From Candidatus Heimdallarchaeota archaeon (GTDB lineage Archaea > Asgardarchaeota > Heimdallarchaeia > Heimdallarchaeales > Heimdallarchaeaceae), in the NCBI GenBank assembly GCA_030668825.1, contig DAOVET010000011.1:1-45801 (forward strand): a stretch of DNA of 45,801 bases. Direction: 5' to 3'. The translations under genes and the position numbers were made by a program. Under the pieces are notes generated by a model. It was not told where the DNA came from, did no database searches, and saw nothing but the letters and a program-made list of their open reading frames with translations. Shown here in pieces: positions 19,167 to 29,539 of this stretch. Positions within the stretch are counted from its first letter, which is position 1; the number at the start of each line of letters is the position of its first letter.

Positions 19167-19706
19167 ATGAGTAATAAGAAGTACGAAGTAAGGCATAAAT
19201 ACGATTCAACTGCAGAGCAATATGAGAATAGATACACTGCTATACAGAAACAGAAGTATTTCGAAATTTTCTCTGATATCGATTTTGAAAAAAAGACAAT
19301 TGTTTATGATGTGGGTGGAGGTACAGGATTACTTCTAAACTATCTAAAACAGGATAATGTCACTATTATTGTAAGCGATATATCATTAGAGATGCTGAAA
19401 GTTGGGAGAAATAAATATCCTCTAGGTTTTTTTGTTTGTGCAGATAGTGAATTTCTCCCTTTCAGAGAAGAGAGTGGAGATTTTGTCACTTGCATTTCAG
19501 TGGTGCAAAATTTAGTCAACCCACAAAAAACGATTGATGAGTGTCATGATATGGTAAGAAAAAAAGGTTATCTTGTTTTAACTGCTCTAAAAAAGATATT
19601 TAACATCAAGAGTTTAAAAAATATAGTTAAAAAAAGTGGATTTAAAATAATAAAATCATGGAATCTCTCAATAGAAGATATAGTTTTGATAGCCAGAAAG
19701 GAATAG
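19167..19706 (+). CDS. Class I SAM-dependent methyltransferase
   Basis: DVGGGTG, DIS.EML and ADSEFLPFR motifs. Confidence 0.88.
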   Translation: MSNKKYEVRHKYDSTAEQYENRYTAIQKQKYFEIFSDIDFEKKTIVYDVGGGTGLLLNYLKQDNVTIIVSDISLEMLKVGRNKYPLGFFVCADSEFLPFREESGDFVTCISVVQNLVNPQKTIDECHDMVRKKGYLVLTALKKIFNIKSLKNIVKKSGFKIIKSWNLSIEDIVLIARKE

Positions 19707-19711
19707 AAATT

Positions 19712-19993
19712 CTAAAGAATGTTCAAAATTATCTTATTCACTTTCGTTTTACAAACCTTACGAACCCCATGAGCTCCTGGTTCATACCTTGAATCCAATA
19801 CTCCTGCTCTTTCTAAGTATTTAATCTGAGCTGAAGTATTTGCTTCAGTTTGTTTCATTTTCTTAGCTATGCTTGATATATCCATTTCTTTATCAAGAAG
19901 CAATTTTACAATGTTAAATCGTGTAGGAGACGATAAGGCTTTTGCCAGTGCGATTATTACTTTTTCTTCACTTAACTCAAGTGTTTCAGTCAT
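19712..19993 (-). CDS. ArsR-family winged-HTH transcription regulator
   Basis: AKALSSPTR..I..LL and ANTSAQIKYLE.AG; GGGTGG Shine-Dalgarno-like motif upstream. Confidence 0.85.
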   Translation of the reverse strand: MTETLELSEEKVIIALAKALSSPTRFNIVKLLLDKEMDISSIAKKMKQTEANTSAQIKYLERAGVLDSRYEPGAHGVRKVCKTKVNKIILNIL

Positions 19994-20245
19994 TTGAAAA
20001 CCACCCCTAATTTTCAGTTTGTATTAAATTAATGATTATTTAAATATAATGCTTGGTTAACGAAAAAATAAGTAAAAGATTTATATATTAATAATACTTA
20101 ATGCTCTAACATTAGTTTAATCTATTATAATTTTACTGAATTAATCAGATATTCAATCAGCAATGAAAATTCAAGACAACGATAATCGTTAAATCTAAAT
20201 ACTTTTCAAACTCACTATACTTAAACTGGCTAGAAACAGGTTTTA

Positions 20246-21361
20246 GTGATGAGTTCAGCTATAGATGAAAAGATTCTTGACATTGAGGACCAAATTTCGA
20301 GAACTCAAAAGAACAAGTCTACTGAGCATCACCTTGGAGTTCTGAAATCTAAGCTAGCAAAATTGCGTAGGAAGAAACTAGATGCACAATTTTCTAAGTC
20401 TGGTGGAGGTAGGCATGGTTTTGATGTTAAGAAAGCTGGTGATGGCTCTGCTGTTTTGATTGGATTTCCTTCAACAGGTAAATCCACACTCATTTCCAAC
20501 ATCACTAGTAAAGAATCAAAAATCGGGCACTATGCTTTTACTACAACTTCAGCTATTCCAGGAATAATGTTTCACAGGGGGACACAAATCCAAATAATTG
20601 ACCTACCTGGTGTTATAGAAGATGCAAGTTCAGGTAAAGGGAGAGGCAAAGAAGTACTAGCTGTTGCTCGAGGAGCTGATATGATTATAATCATAATGGA
20701 TCCTCAAGAAACTACTGATTACTATAAGAAAATTATTAGAGAATTGCATAATGTTGCTATTAGACCGGGAAAAACAAAACCCTATATTCGAATAAAAAAG
20801 AAAGATAAAGGAGGAATTGCTCTCTCCACTTTAACTAAGCTTACACACATGTCTGAAAAAACATTCATGGGTATTTTAAGAGAGTATAAAATCATGAATG
20901 CAGCTGTAACTGTTCGCAGTGATCCTACAATTGATGAGTTAATAGATGTTTTAGAGGGTAATCGAGTTTATCCTAAGACTCTTATTATTGTGAATAAAGT
21001 TGATTTAATTTCGAAAAAACAAAGAAGGAAAATCGAAGAAAAGTTTCCAGATGCTATGATTATCAGTGCATTAACTGGTGAAAATCTCGAAATCCTCAAA
21101 GATGAAATAGTTGAACGCCTTGAATTGATAAAAATTTATCTAAAGAAACAGAGACGAAAAACAGACTATGAAGAACCTCTGATTGTTAAACGAAATTCAA
21201 CTATTAGAGATGTATGTAATAAAATACATAGAAGTTTTGAATCAGAGTTCCGTTATGCAGTTGTTTCTGGTAAAAGTTCTAAACATCCAAATCAGAGAGT
21301 AGGTTTAGATCACGTTATTCAAGATGAAGATGTTATTACAATTATTATAAAAAAATTCTGA
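20246..21361 (+). CDS. drg: DRG/Rbg (OBG family) GTPase with TGS domain
   Basis: KNKSTEHH, GFPSTGKS, YAFTT, DLPG, GKGRG, NKVD and QRVGLDH motifs. Confidence 0.95.
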   Translation: MMSSAIDEKILDIEDQISRTQKNKSTEHHLGVLKSKLAKLRRKKLDAQFSKSGGGRHGFDVKKAGDGSAVLIGFPSTGKSTLISNITSKESKIGHYAFTTTSAIPGIMFHRGTQIQIIDLPGVIEDASSGKGRGKEVLAVARGADMIIIIMDPQETTDYYKKIIRELHNVAIRPGKTKPYIRIKKKDKGGIALSTLTKLTHMSEKTFMGILREYKIMNAAVTVRSDPTIDELIDVLEGNRVYPKTLIIVNKVDLISKKQRRKIEEKFPDAMIISALTGENLEILKDEIVERLELIKIYLKKQRRKTDYEEPLIVKRNSTIRDVCNKIHRSFESEFRYAVVSGKSSKHPNQRVGLDHVIQDEDVITIIIKKF

Positions 21362-21370
21362 ATGAGAAAA

Positions 21371-22933
21371 TCAATCCCTTTTGTATGAGATTTTTCCTCC
21401 AACAATAGTGTATAACACTTCAACATCATGAAATCCTTCTAGTTCAATCTCGTCTAAGTTGCGATTTAGAATAACAATATCCGCGAGCATGCCTTCCTTT
21501 ATCATTCCTTTGATCTTCTCTTCTCCAGATACTACGGCTGGATAGTATGTGTAACATTTTATTGCTTCTTCCAGAGATAATCTTTGGTCTTCATTAGGAT
21601 GAAATATTGCTCCTTTAATGCCATATATTGGACCCAAAGGCATACCATCACTCCCGAAAATAAGTAACATATTATTATCAAGAACCCAACGAAAAGGATT
21701 GTTAATCATGGTTTTTTCTCTCCCAAGTCTCTGTTCATACATACCATTGACATCAATCATCCCCCACCTCCAAACAAAGTTTGGTTGCATTGACATTACT
21801 AATCCATATTCTTTTGAGCGTATTGCATCTTCTTCTAATAAAAGTTCAGCATGTTCTATCCTATGCAAGGAATTTCTGCATTCAATTGCATCTAAATTTC
21901 GTTCTATTGCTGAAATTAGTCTGGAAATAGCTTTATCACCAATTGCATGGGCAGCAATTTGAAGACCAGCATTGTGAACTTTCAAAACCATCTCATCTAA
22001 TCTTTGGTCATCATATAGTGCAAAACCCTTCTCGCCTTCCATGTCAACATAATCATCAAACAAATAAGCTGTTCTAGAACTTATAGCTCCATCTGTCATC
22101 AATTTACATGCTCCAATTCTAAACCATTTATCACCAAATGTGCGATCAATTCCCAGCTTAGTTATCTCATCAATCATATCTTCGTATACAATACCATATA
22201 CTCTAATCTTCAAATCATTTTTTTTAGCGAGAAAATTGTAAGCAAGTAAATTCTCGAAGGTTATATTATCATGTACAGAAGTTATTCCTAGACTTAGACA
22301 TTCATCCATTCCATAACCTAATCCTTTAATAAAATCCTCAGAAGTAGGTCTGATTTCTTCTTTATCTGAGAGATCTATATCCCTTAATGTTCCGATTATC
22401 CTTCCTTCCTCATCAACATCAACACCTTTCCGATCCTTAGATAAACCTAAACGTGTGAAACCAAGGCTATTAACAACTTCAAAATGTCCAGATACATGCC
22501 GAAGTATAACAGGATTTTCAGGACTTATAGGGTCTAAATCAGCTGCTGTCAGATACCTTTGTTCTAACCAATTGCTCTGATCCCAAGATCGACCTATAAT
22601 CCACTCTCCAGGTTTCTTTTTCTTGATTTCGCTTTTTACTAAATCTAATGTTTCATTCAGACTTTTAGTCTGACTTAAATCAAGATGTACTTTATTCATG
22701 CCATTCCATGCAATATGTGTATGAGCATCAATAAACCCTGGTAGCACTGTTTTATTTTCTACATCTAAAACCTTAGTTGATGGACCTATAAGATTCTCTA
22801 CTTCCTCAGTTGAAGTGACTTTAAGGATAGTGTCCGAATAAATTGCTATAGCTTCCACTTTGGGATTTTCATCATTAAGTGTCCAAATATTTGCGTTCTT
22901 AATAATTAAATCTGCAAATAATTCCATACTCAT
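21371..22933 (-). CDS. Amidohydrolase family 3 (YtcJ-like)
   Basis: PGFIDAHTH, DGAISSRTA, HAIGD, RIEHA, GSD and G.LADIVIL motifs. Confidence 0.92.
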   Translation of the reverse strand: MSMELFADLIIKNANIWTLNDENPKVEAIAIYSDTILKVTSTEEVENLIGPSTKVLDVENKTVLPGFIDAHTHIAWNGMNKVHLDLSQTKSLNETLDLVKSEIKKKKPGEWIIGRSWDQSNWLEQRYLTAADLDPISPENPVILRHVSGHFEVVNSLGFTRLGLSKDRKGVDVDEEGRIIGTLRDIDLSDKEEIRPTSEDFIKGLGYGMDECLSLGITSVHDNITFENLLAYNFLAKKNDLKIRVYGIVYEDMIDEITKLGIDRTFGDKWFRIGACKLMTDGAISSRTAYLFDDYVDMEGEKGFALYDDQRLDEMVLKVHNAGLQIAAHAIGDKAISRLISAIERNLDAIECRNSLHRIEHAELLLEEDAIRSKEYGLVMSMQPNFVWRWGMIDVNGMYEQRLGREKTMINNPFRWVLDNNMLLIFGSDGMPLGPIYGIKGAIFHPNEDQRLSLEEAIKCYTYYPAVVSGEEKIKGMIKEGMLADIVILNRNLDEIELEGFHDVEVLYTIVGGKISYKRD

Positions 22934-23090
22934 GAGCTATAATTTGTCCTTATTTTTTTAATCTTGTTATTCATTGAAGTTATTATCAAAAGCAAGAAAA
23001 CAATATATAGCTGAGCTTCTGTAGAGAAAATTAATCTTTTATAGTTCATTATGCTTGTAATCAAAATAACTATAAGACTGAGTTGATTTA

Positions 23091-24455
23091 ATGCCTATTC
23101 TAGAAACTGAACTTTCCCCTCCTACTGAAATCCAAATGAACATCAAAGCTCTTCTTAAAGCTCCTGAAACTAGGGAAGTATTAGCTTTTTTCACATCACA
23201 GTTTCTCAGTTTTGCAGTATATATGTCAATAATACAACTTTTTCCTCTTTATATTCAAGAAAGAGTTTCTTTCCAAATGATGAATTATGCATTCTTCATG
23301 TCAGTTAGTAATTTCTTTCCTAATGAATTGAACGATTTTACATCGGGAATAGAATCAGAAGTATTAATACAGTGGGGGATTATAGCTACAGTTTATACAT
23401 TTGTAGGTCTAATTGGGAGAATTCCAAGTGCTTGGCTTGTTGAAAAATTCGGTCGTAAAGTTTCTATCGTAACATCATATGGTGTGATGATTTGTTCGGT
23501 AGGTTCACTAGCCTTAACGGATAACACCGCTCTTCTAGCACTGCTTTTTGCAATGCTAAGACTTACGAATAATGTCTTTGGATTGTCCAGTAGATCTCTA
23601 TTGTCCGATATAAAATCTAAGTACAAAGGGGTGTATAATTCTCTTATTTCTAGTTTTGGAAGATTAGGAACACTGATAGGAGCAATAAGTCTAGGTTTCG
23701 TTCTAGATTTCCTTCCAGGTTATGTTATGATATTATGTGGTTTCATTGTAGTTGTTTTTGGTTTAGGGATATTTCAACTTCTTTTTGTAAAGGGAAAAGG
23801 TGAAACAATTCATTTTCTCAGAAGAATAGATATTAAAAAAGGTGAAAAAGCAAAATTAGATTTCAAAATATTCAAATCTAGAACATTTATCTTTTTCACA
23901 CTAAGTTTCATTATATTTGGATTTATCTCAGGTATAACTGTTCCAGTAATCTCTCTTTATGGTAAAAATATCCTTTTTCTATCTGAAAGAATGATAGGAA
24001 TCATCTTAGGTTTATCTCAATTAAGTTTTGTACTTCTTTCACCGTTCATAGGATGGATAATATCAAATAAACCTAAAACAAATAAATCACTCCTACTTAG
24101 CGCATCTATCATCATTACGTTGAATTACTTGCTCATATACTTAGTTCCAAGCAATGCATATGTATATGCAGCAATATTATTTATCAAAAATATTGGACAT
24201 GCACTATTTTTCCCAGTAGTTTTTACAATCCTAACTTATGAATTACCTAAAGCTCATTTCTCAGTAATTTATTCAATTATAACTACTGGTTTCTTCTTAG
24301 GGTTAACAAGTACAACTTACTTGTCTACAGTTCTTTACAATTTATCTCCAATCTATCCTTGGTTATTTGCGTGGATTACTGGGATTATACTGACAATAAC
24401 AGTCATTTTTTACATCAGTTTTAGCAAAGTCGAATGGACGAATTCTGATAGTTAG
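23091..24455 (+). CDS. MFS transporter
   Basis: About 12 hydrophobic helices; motif A-like AWLVEKFGRK. Confidence 0.8.
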   Translation: MPILETELSPPTEIQMNIKALLKAPETREVLAFFTSQFLSFAVYMSIIQLFPLYIQERVSFQMMNYAFFMSVSNFFPNELNDFTSGIESEVLIQWGIIATVYTFVGLIGRIPSAWLVEKFGRKVSIVTSYGVMICSVGSLALTDNTALLALLFAMLRLTNNVFGLSSRSLLSDIKSKYKGVYNSLISSFGRLGTLIGAISLGFVLDFLPGYVMILCGFIVVVFGLGIFQLLFVKGKGETIHFLRRIDIKKGEKAKLDFKIFKSRTFIFFTLSFIIFGFISGITVPVISLYGKNILFLSERMIGIILGLSQLSFVLLSPFIGWIISNKPKTNKSLLLSASIIITLNYLLIYLVPSNAYVYAAILFIKNIGHALFFPVVFTILTYELPKAHFSVIYSIITTGFFLGLTSTTYLSTVLYNLSPIYPWLFAWITGIILTITVIFYISFSKVEWTNSDS

Positions 24456-24516
24456 AAAGAGAACTCTATTCTTCTCATTTTGTTGAGCTTATATATTTCA
24501 GTTTATGTGAAGTAAT

Positions 24517-25596
24517 GTGTCAATAGAGATTGAAAGTATAAGTAAACAATTTACAAAAAAGGGAAAAGAAATAAATGCATTAGATAATATATCATTAAAA
24601 ATCAAAGAAGGCTCATTTGTGGGTCTTCTAGGCCCAAATGGAGCCGGTAAAACAACACTTACAAAGATTCTTACAACTCTTCTTCTTCCTTCAAGTGGAG
24701 AAGCTTATATTGATGGTATTTCAATTAAAGAGGATAAGAAAATCAGGCAAATTATAGGAGCTGTTTTTGGAGAAACAGGGGGAAGAAGTTTATATTATAG
24801 ATTATCAATTTTAGACAATTTGATGTTCTATGGAACTTTAAGTGGTTTAAGTAAAACAGTAGCAAAAAAAAGAATTCAATCTCTCTTGAATTATTTCGAT
24901 TTGGAGGAGAAAAAGAATACTCTAGTTATGAAGCTTTCTACAGGTATGAAGGCCAAAGTTCTTCTCATTAGATCCTTAGTTCCCTTTCCAAAAGTTTTAT
25001 TGTTAGATGAACCAACATTAGGATTCGATGCTGAAAGTTCTGAAAAAGCTAAAGATTTACTAAATGAATTTAATAGAGAATTTGGAACGACAATCCTCCT
25101 TACTAGTCACAATTTTCCAGAAATAGATGAACTAACTTCTAGATTGATTCTAATTGATTCAGGAAAAATCGTTCAAGACTGTGCTCCCGCGGTTTTCAAG
25201 CAGAAAGTTATTCAAGAATATATTCATCTAATCTTCTCATTACCTCCACTTCCAGCCGATGGTTTCAAAATGTCTCAATTACCTACAGAGATTTTCAAAA
25301 AACTTGTTAGAGATTCTGCTGGAGCTGAGGTTACTTCGCTTAAGGAAAAAGATGGCTTAAATTTCGTTTATGAAGTGACAATTCAGCCTATTGAGTATTC
25401 GCTTAATGAAACAATTTCTAGAATTACTGTACTTATCTTACGAGCCAGTGGAGAAATCTACAAAATTGCACCGTATATGCCTAGTCTCAAAGAATCGTTC
25501 TTAGCATTTCTAGCTATGAACAAAACAAATTCTGCTCTTGAACCAGAAGCAAAAGAAGAGATATTCACTTTCCCAATGCAAGAGGAGGATGTTTAG
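24517..25596 (+). CDS. ABC transporter ATP-binding subunit (DrrA-like)
   Basis: GPNGAGKT, signature LSTGM, LLLDEPT and TSH motifs. Confidence 0.93.
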   Translation: MSIEIESISKQFTKKGKEINALDNISLKIKEGSFVGLLGPNGAGKTTLTKILTTLLLPSSGEAYIDGISIKEDKKIRQIIGAVFGETGGRSLYYRLSILDNLMFYGTLSGLSKTVAKKRIQSLLNYFDLEEKKNTLVMKLSTGMKAKVLLIRSLVPFPKVLLLDEPTLGFDAESSEKAKDLLNEFNREFGTTILLTSHNFPEIDELTSRLILIDSGKIVQDCAPAVFKQKVIQEYIHLIFSLPPLPADGFKMSQLPTEIFKKLVRDSAGAEVTSLKEKDGLNFVYEVTIQPIEYSLNETISRITVLILRASGEIYKIAPYMPSLKESFLAFLAMNKTNSALEPEAKEEIFTFPMQEEDV

Positions 25597-25598
25597 AA

Positions 25599-26462
25599 AT
25601 TACTTATCCTCTTGTCGATGTACTTAATTCATTTAATTATGCATCTAAGAGAAGTAACCCCTTTTCAAGAATTAGTATCATCTTCAAATCAAAAATAAAA
25701 ATGGCGTTGAGTTACAAAAGTAGTTATCTAATGACATTTTTCCTTAATCTTATTACAATCGTTATGTACTTCTTCTTTGGTAAAATGAACCCAGACATGA
25801 CTGTGTTTGGGATTCCATCAACTTATTTAGAATTTTGTTTTCTAGGTCTATGTTTACAGATGATTATAGGGACATCTCTAGCAACAGTTTGTGGAAGTAT
25901 TTACAATGAAATAGTTTCAGGAACTTGGTCTTATTTACTGTTTCAATTCAATTTTATTGAGTATTCAATAGGGAGTACTTTGGCTGGTGTTGTTCTTTCT
26001 TCACTTTCTGTTTTTGCAGCTTTATTCTTAGCTTATTTATTCATGGGAAGTTTTTATGTTATTTCAATTCAAGAAGTTATGTTAGTCATCGTTCTATTCA
26101 TGTTAATTTTGATAGCTCATATGTCGATTTCCATGATTTTTGCTTCGTTCACAATATACTATCAAAAAAACAGTGGTTTAGTTCCCCTTCTTTATCAACT
26201 TACAAAAACATTCACAGGTATTGTTTTCCCACTTTCATTACTTAAGGGGTTTTCAATGATAGTATCTAGAGCTCTTCCCTTGACGTATGGACTTGAAGCT
26301 TTACATTCAGTAGTATTAACGGATCAAACTAATTGGCAGCTAATTTTAACAAATAGCATGATATTGTTGATTTCTTCAATAGTTATTGGAGTTTTTGCTA
26401 TTTTCTTAGCATCTAAAAGCATCGCTCATTCAAAAAAACACAATAAGGTAGATTGGTATTAA
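25599..26462 (+). CDS. ABC-2 type permease; probable non-canonical (ATT) start upstream of the first ATG at 25701
   Basis: Six-TM ABC-2 pattern (E..SGT, GIVFPL, LPLTYGLE). The open upstream frame aligns gaplessly with the N-terminus of the next permease. Start position is inferred. Confidence 0.8.
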   Translation: MTYPLVDVLNSFNYASKRSNPFSRISIIFKSKIKMALSYKSSYLMTFFLNLITIVMYFFFGKMNPDMTVFGIPSTYLEFCFLGLCLQMIIGTSLATVCGSIYNEIVSGTWSYLLFQFNFIEYSIGSTLAGVVLSSLSVFAALFLAYLFMGSFYVISIQEVMLVIVLFMLILIAHMSISMIFASFTIYYQKNSGLVPLLYQLTKTFTGIVFPLSLLKGFSMIVSRALPLTYGLEALHSVVLTDQTNWQLILTNSMILLISSIVIGVFAIFLASKSIAHSKKHNKVDWY

Positions 26463-27346
26463 TGTCAACAGATGAAGTCATCAAAGTAATTGAAAATTTC
26501 GAATATTCAAATTTTTCCACATCTTTTTGGATGGGGTTTAAAGCAACCTTTTTCAGAAATATAAAGATAATTTGGCAGTATAAGTTTGCACTACTTTTGG
26601 GTTTTGTTAATACTTTTGCAGTTGCTAGTTTATTTTTTTATATTGGAAACCTTGTTCCCAATCAATCTATAGCCCAAGATGGTTACATTGTGAGTAGTGT
26701 AATCTATATTTTTGCAGGCAGCATGTTAGTAGATATATCTACTCGCATACTTATGAAATCAATGAACAGTTTCACAAGTGAGATGAAGCAAGGAACTTTC
26801 GAAACTTTGGCAACCCAACCTTTTGGACTAAAGAAGTATTTTGTTTCTGAAATCACATTTGAAGTGTTGTACAGTCTAGTTTTTTCAGTAATTTATTATA
26901 TACCAGTTCTCCTAATCTTTCCTATTTTCAAGGGTCTCAATCTTAATTTTATATCCGTGCTATCCTTTCTGTTGGTTATAGTTTGCGTCATTTTCTTTTT
27001 CTTTTCCCTATCTCTATTGGCTGCAAATGTAACCATACTAATAAAGAGAGGAAGAGAGATTTCTATGATAATTATAGGTGTTATGCATCTATTAAGCGGA
27101 AGTCTCTTTCCTCTCTCCCTCTTCCCTGAATGGCTGAGAATAATTGCATATTTCTCTCCGATGACGCTTGCTGTTCAATCATTTAGACTCTGCTTATTCG
27201 GACAAGGAACTCTTATGGATAGTATAGTTTGGGGATCAGTTGTTATGTTATTACTTATGTCAATAGTAATGTTAATTCTGTTTAATCTAACCTACAAAAA
27301 AATATATTCAAAAATCAGATACAAAGGGACAATGCATGAATACTAA
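26453..27346 (+). CDS. ABC-2 type permease
   Basis: EMKQGTFE.L...P, SGSLFPL..FP.WL and SPMT motifs. Start may be the ATG at 26462. Confidence 0.9.
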   Translation: MVLMSTDEVIKVIENFEYSNFSTSFWMGFKATFFRNIKIIWQYKFALLLGFVNTFAVASLFFYIGNLVPNQSIAQDGYIVSSVIYIFAGSMLVDISTRILMKSMNSFTSEMKQGTFETLATQPFGLKKYFVSEITFEVLYSLVFSVIYYIPVLLIFPIFKGLNLNFISVLSFLLVIVCVIFFFFSLSLLAANVTILIKRGREISMIIIGVMHLLSGSLFPLSLFPEWLRIIAYFSPMTLAVQSFRLCLFGQGTLMDSIVWGSVVMLLLMSIVMLILFNLTYKKIYSKIRYKGTMHEY

Positions 27347-27368
27347 TCAAACTAAGATAATTTTCTTC

Positions 27369-28010
27369 TTACAGAATATGAAGAAAATCATTAATTGCGG
27401 CTTCAATATTATCCGATTGAGTAATTGCTCTACCAACAATTATAATGTTTGCTCTATTATTAAGGGCTCGAGCACTTGTTTCGAGATTTAATCCTCCAGC
27501 AACAGCTATTTTACATTCTGGAAATTTCTCTTTGATTATTTTAATTTTATTCCAAGGATGATCTACTTCTTCTTCTTGGTCTATTCCTCTATGAAAAAGT
27601 ACAATTTCTGGTTTCTTTGTTAAATTTTCAAGAATTGTGGATGGTGATTCAACATTCATACAATCTAATAAAATATCAACATTTCTTTTTTCAGCTTCTT
27701 CAATTGATGAAACAAGTGTTTCATTAGGGGCTAATCCACTGATAGCTACAACATTTGCTGAAGCTTCAGCTGCAATTTGAACCTCTAACCATCCGACATC
27801 TAGTGTCTTCATATCTGCAATAATATATGATAATGGGTGAAATTCACGTATAAATTTCACTATATCAATTCCGAATTTTTTGATCAGAGGTGTCCCTGCT
27901 TCTAAAAGAATTTTATCCGAATCTGGAATTATTGATAAGATTCTTTCCAATTCGGTCTTGTTAACTAAATCTAAAGCAATTTGCAAATAAGGAGGATTGT
28001 TGATTTTCAT
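27369..28010 (-). CDS. hps: 3-hexulose-6-phosphate synthase (HUMPS/OMPDC superfamily), stand-alone
   Basis: PYLQIALD, EAGTPLIK..G, DMKTLD, HRGIDQE, AVAGG and VGRAIT motifs. Confidence 0.85.
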   Translation of the reverse strand: MKINNPPYLQIALDLVNKTELERILSIIPDSDKILLEAGTPLIKKFGIDIVKFIREFHPLSYIIADMKTLDVGWLEVQIAAEASANVVAISGLAPNETLVSSIEEAEKRNVDILLDCMNVESPSTILENLTKKPEIVLFHRGIDQEEEVDHPWNKIKIIKEKFPECKIAVAGGLNLETSARALNNRANIIIVGRAITQSDNIEAAINDFLHIL

Positions 28011-28011
28011 T

Positions 28012-29370
28012 CTACAAACTCACTAACTTAGTAGGTACTTCTTCTTTCAGGATTCTTGGTTTAGCAATATCCTTGACAAAGTTGAGAATGTATTCTTGAT
28101 TTCTTTTATCACCATGAATTAAAACTATCTCATTTGCTCCTGATTTCTCCATTACTGCTTTCAAACCATCTACTGAACTATGTCCAGAGTATGGAAATTT
28201 CATCACTTTTGCCTTTAAGTTGATTTTCTTTGGTCGCCCATAGCTTGTTTGAAGTGTTATGTTTTTGTTCCCATCATATATGTCTCTTCCAGTTGTCCCT
28301 TCTACTTGGTAGCCAGTAAATCCTAGGACATTATTTGGGTTGGTTCCACATAGTTCCAAATAAGTGTGAATAGGGCCACCTTCTAGCATACCGGAAGTAG
28401 TAACAATGATTGAGCCCTCTTCATTCTTTGAGATGTATTTTCTAGAATTGTTTGTTCTATTTGAAATTGAGGGAACAGGAATGAAATTTTGTTTTTCGAA
28501 AGGTGAATAGAGACCGGCATCTTTCAGCTGACTGAGAAAACGTTTAGATACCCACTTATCACTTAGAAAGTGTTCTGTAACCATATTCATATGGTTTATC
28601 ATTCCATCAATGTAGATAGGTACATCATTCAAATCGTCATCTAAAGCTAAGGTGATCAACGTTTCCTGAGACCTACCTACTGCAAAAGATGGTAAAAGCA
28701 TTTTATTTTTTTCATCTGCTATTTGTTTAGCCATAAGTCTAAGACCAACATCTATCTTTGATCTTTCAGGTACATAACGATCTCCATTTGTGGATTCTAT
28801 TAATAGAACATCAATTTCCTCATCTGGTAAATCATATCCATCAAACATAGGAGTTATTCTATCATTTATGTCAGCAGTATAGAGAATCAATGTTCCTTCC
28901 CAATCGATAAGTATTTGAGCTGCTCCTAGAACGTGCCCAGCATTAATTAAACGTGCAGTAATTCCATCTGCTACTTTGAATGGTTTTTCATATTCTGTAG
29001 TTTTTATTCTTCGAAATACTTTATCCAAATCAGACTCTGACCAATGTCTTCTTCCTTCAATTTTTAGATGATCTAGCCAGAGTTTGTAAACTATTTCCTT
29101 GGTAGGATGAGTCATGTAGTAATTTCCTTCAAAACCATGCTTAGATAAAGCGGGAATATACCCAGAATGATCTATATGTGCATGACTTAGAAGAACTGAA
29201 TCAACTTTGTGTGCTATACTATCTACTCCTTTTGGAGCAATAGACATTTGTTTAGGGACCAATTGTAGACCACAGTCTAGAAGTATATTATGATCTCTAT
29301 TGTGTAGAAGAAAACTGCTTCTTCCCACATAGTCAGTAGCACCGTAAGCTGTAATATTTATATCGTTCAT
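28012..29370 (-). CDS. beta-CASP metallo-beta-lactamase ribonuclease (aCPSF-type, no KH domains)
   Basis: VGRS, LLDCG, SHAHIDH, AGHVLG, IEST, FAVGRSQE, SGMLEGG, GYQ.EGT.GR, SGH and IHGD motifs. Confidence 0.92.
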   Translation of the reverse strand: MNDINITAYGATDYVGRSSFLLHNRDHNILLDCGLQLVPKQMSIAPKGVDSIAHKVDSVLLSHAHIDHSGYIPALSKHGFEGNYYMTHPTKEIVYKLWLDHLKIEGRRHWSESDLDKVFRRIKTTEYEKPFKVADGITARLINAGHVLGAAQILIDWEGTLILYTADINDRITPMFDGYDLPDEEIDVLLIESTNGDRYVPERSKIDVGLRLMAKQIADEKNKMLLPSFAVGRSQETLITLALDDDLNDVPIYIDGMINHMNMVTEHFLSDKWVSKRFLSQLKDAGLYSPFEKQNFIPVPSISNRTNNSRKYISKNEEGSIIVTTSGMLEGGPIHTYLELCGTNPNNVLGFTGYQVEGTTGRDIYDGNKNITLQTSYGRPKKINLKAKVMKFPYSGHSSVDGLKAVMEKSGANEIVLIHGDKRNQEYILNFVKDIAKPRILKEEVPTKLVSL

Positions 29371-29504
29371 TATTTACGCCTTGTAATTTTGAGTACTAAA
29401 AATAAAGTAATTTACCCCAAAGGTTATTTCATTATTCTCTTCTTCAATTATGCCGTAACTTCATAATAACTAAAAACGTTTTGATGTACTTAATTGAATA
29501 TTTT

Positions 29505-29512
29505 TTTATATA
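29505..29512 (+). promoter_or_regulatory. TATA box of the ESCRT-II-like gene (probably a leaderless transcript)
   Basis: TTTATATA lies about 28 nt upstream of the ATG at 29540, the usual archaeal spacing. Confidence 0.5.
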
Positions 29513-29539
29513 AGGATGGGTAGATTCATCTTGATAATA

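Noticed and set aside
19113-19196. N-terminal extension of RIO2
   Set aside because: It overlaps the divergent methyltransferase and the shared promoter region; the ATG at 19112 is more plausible.
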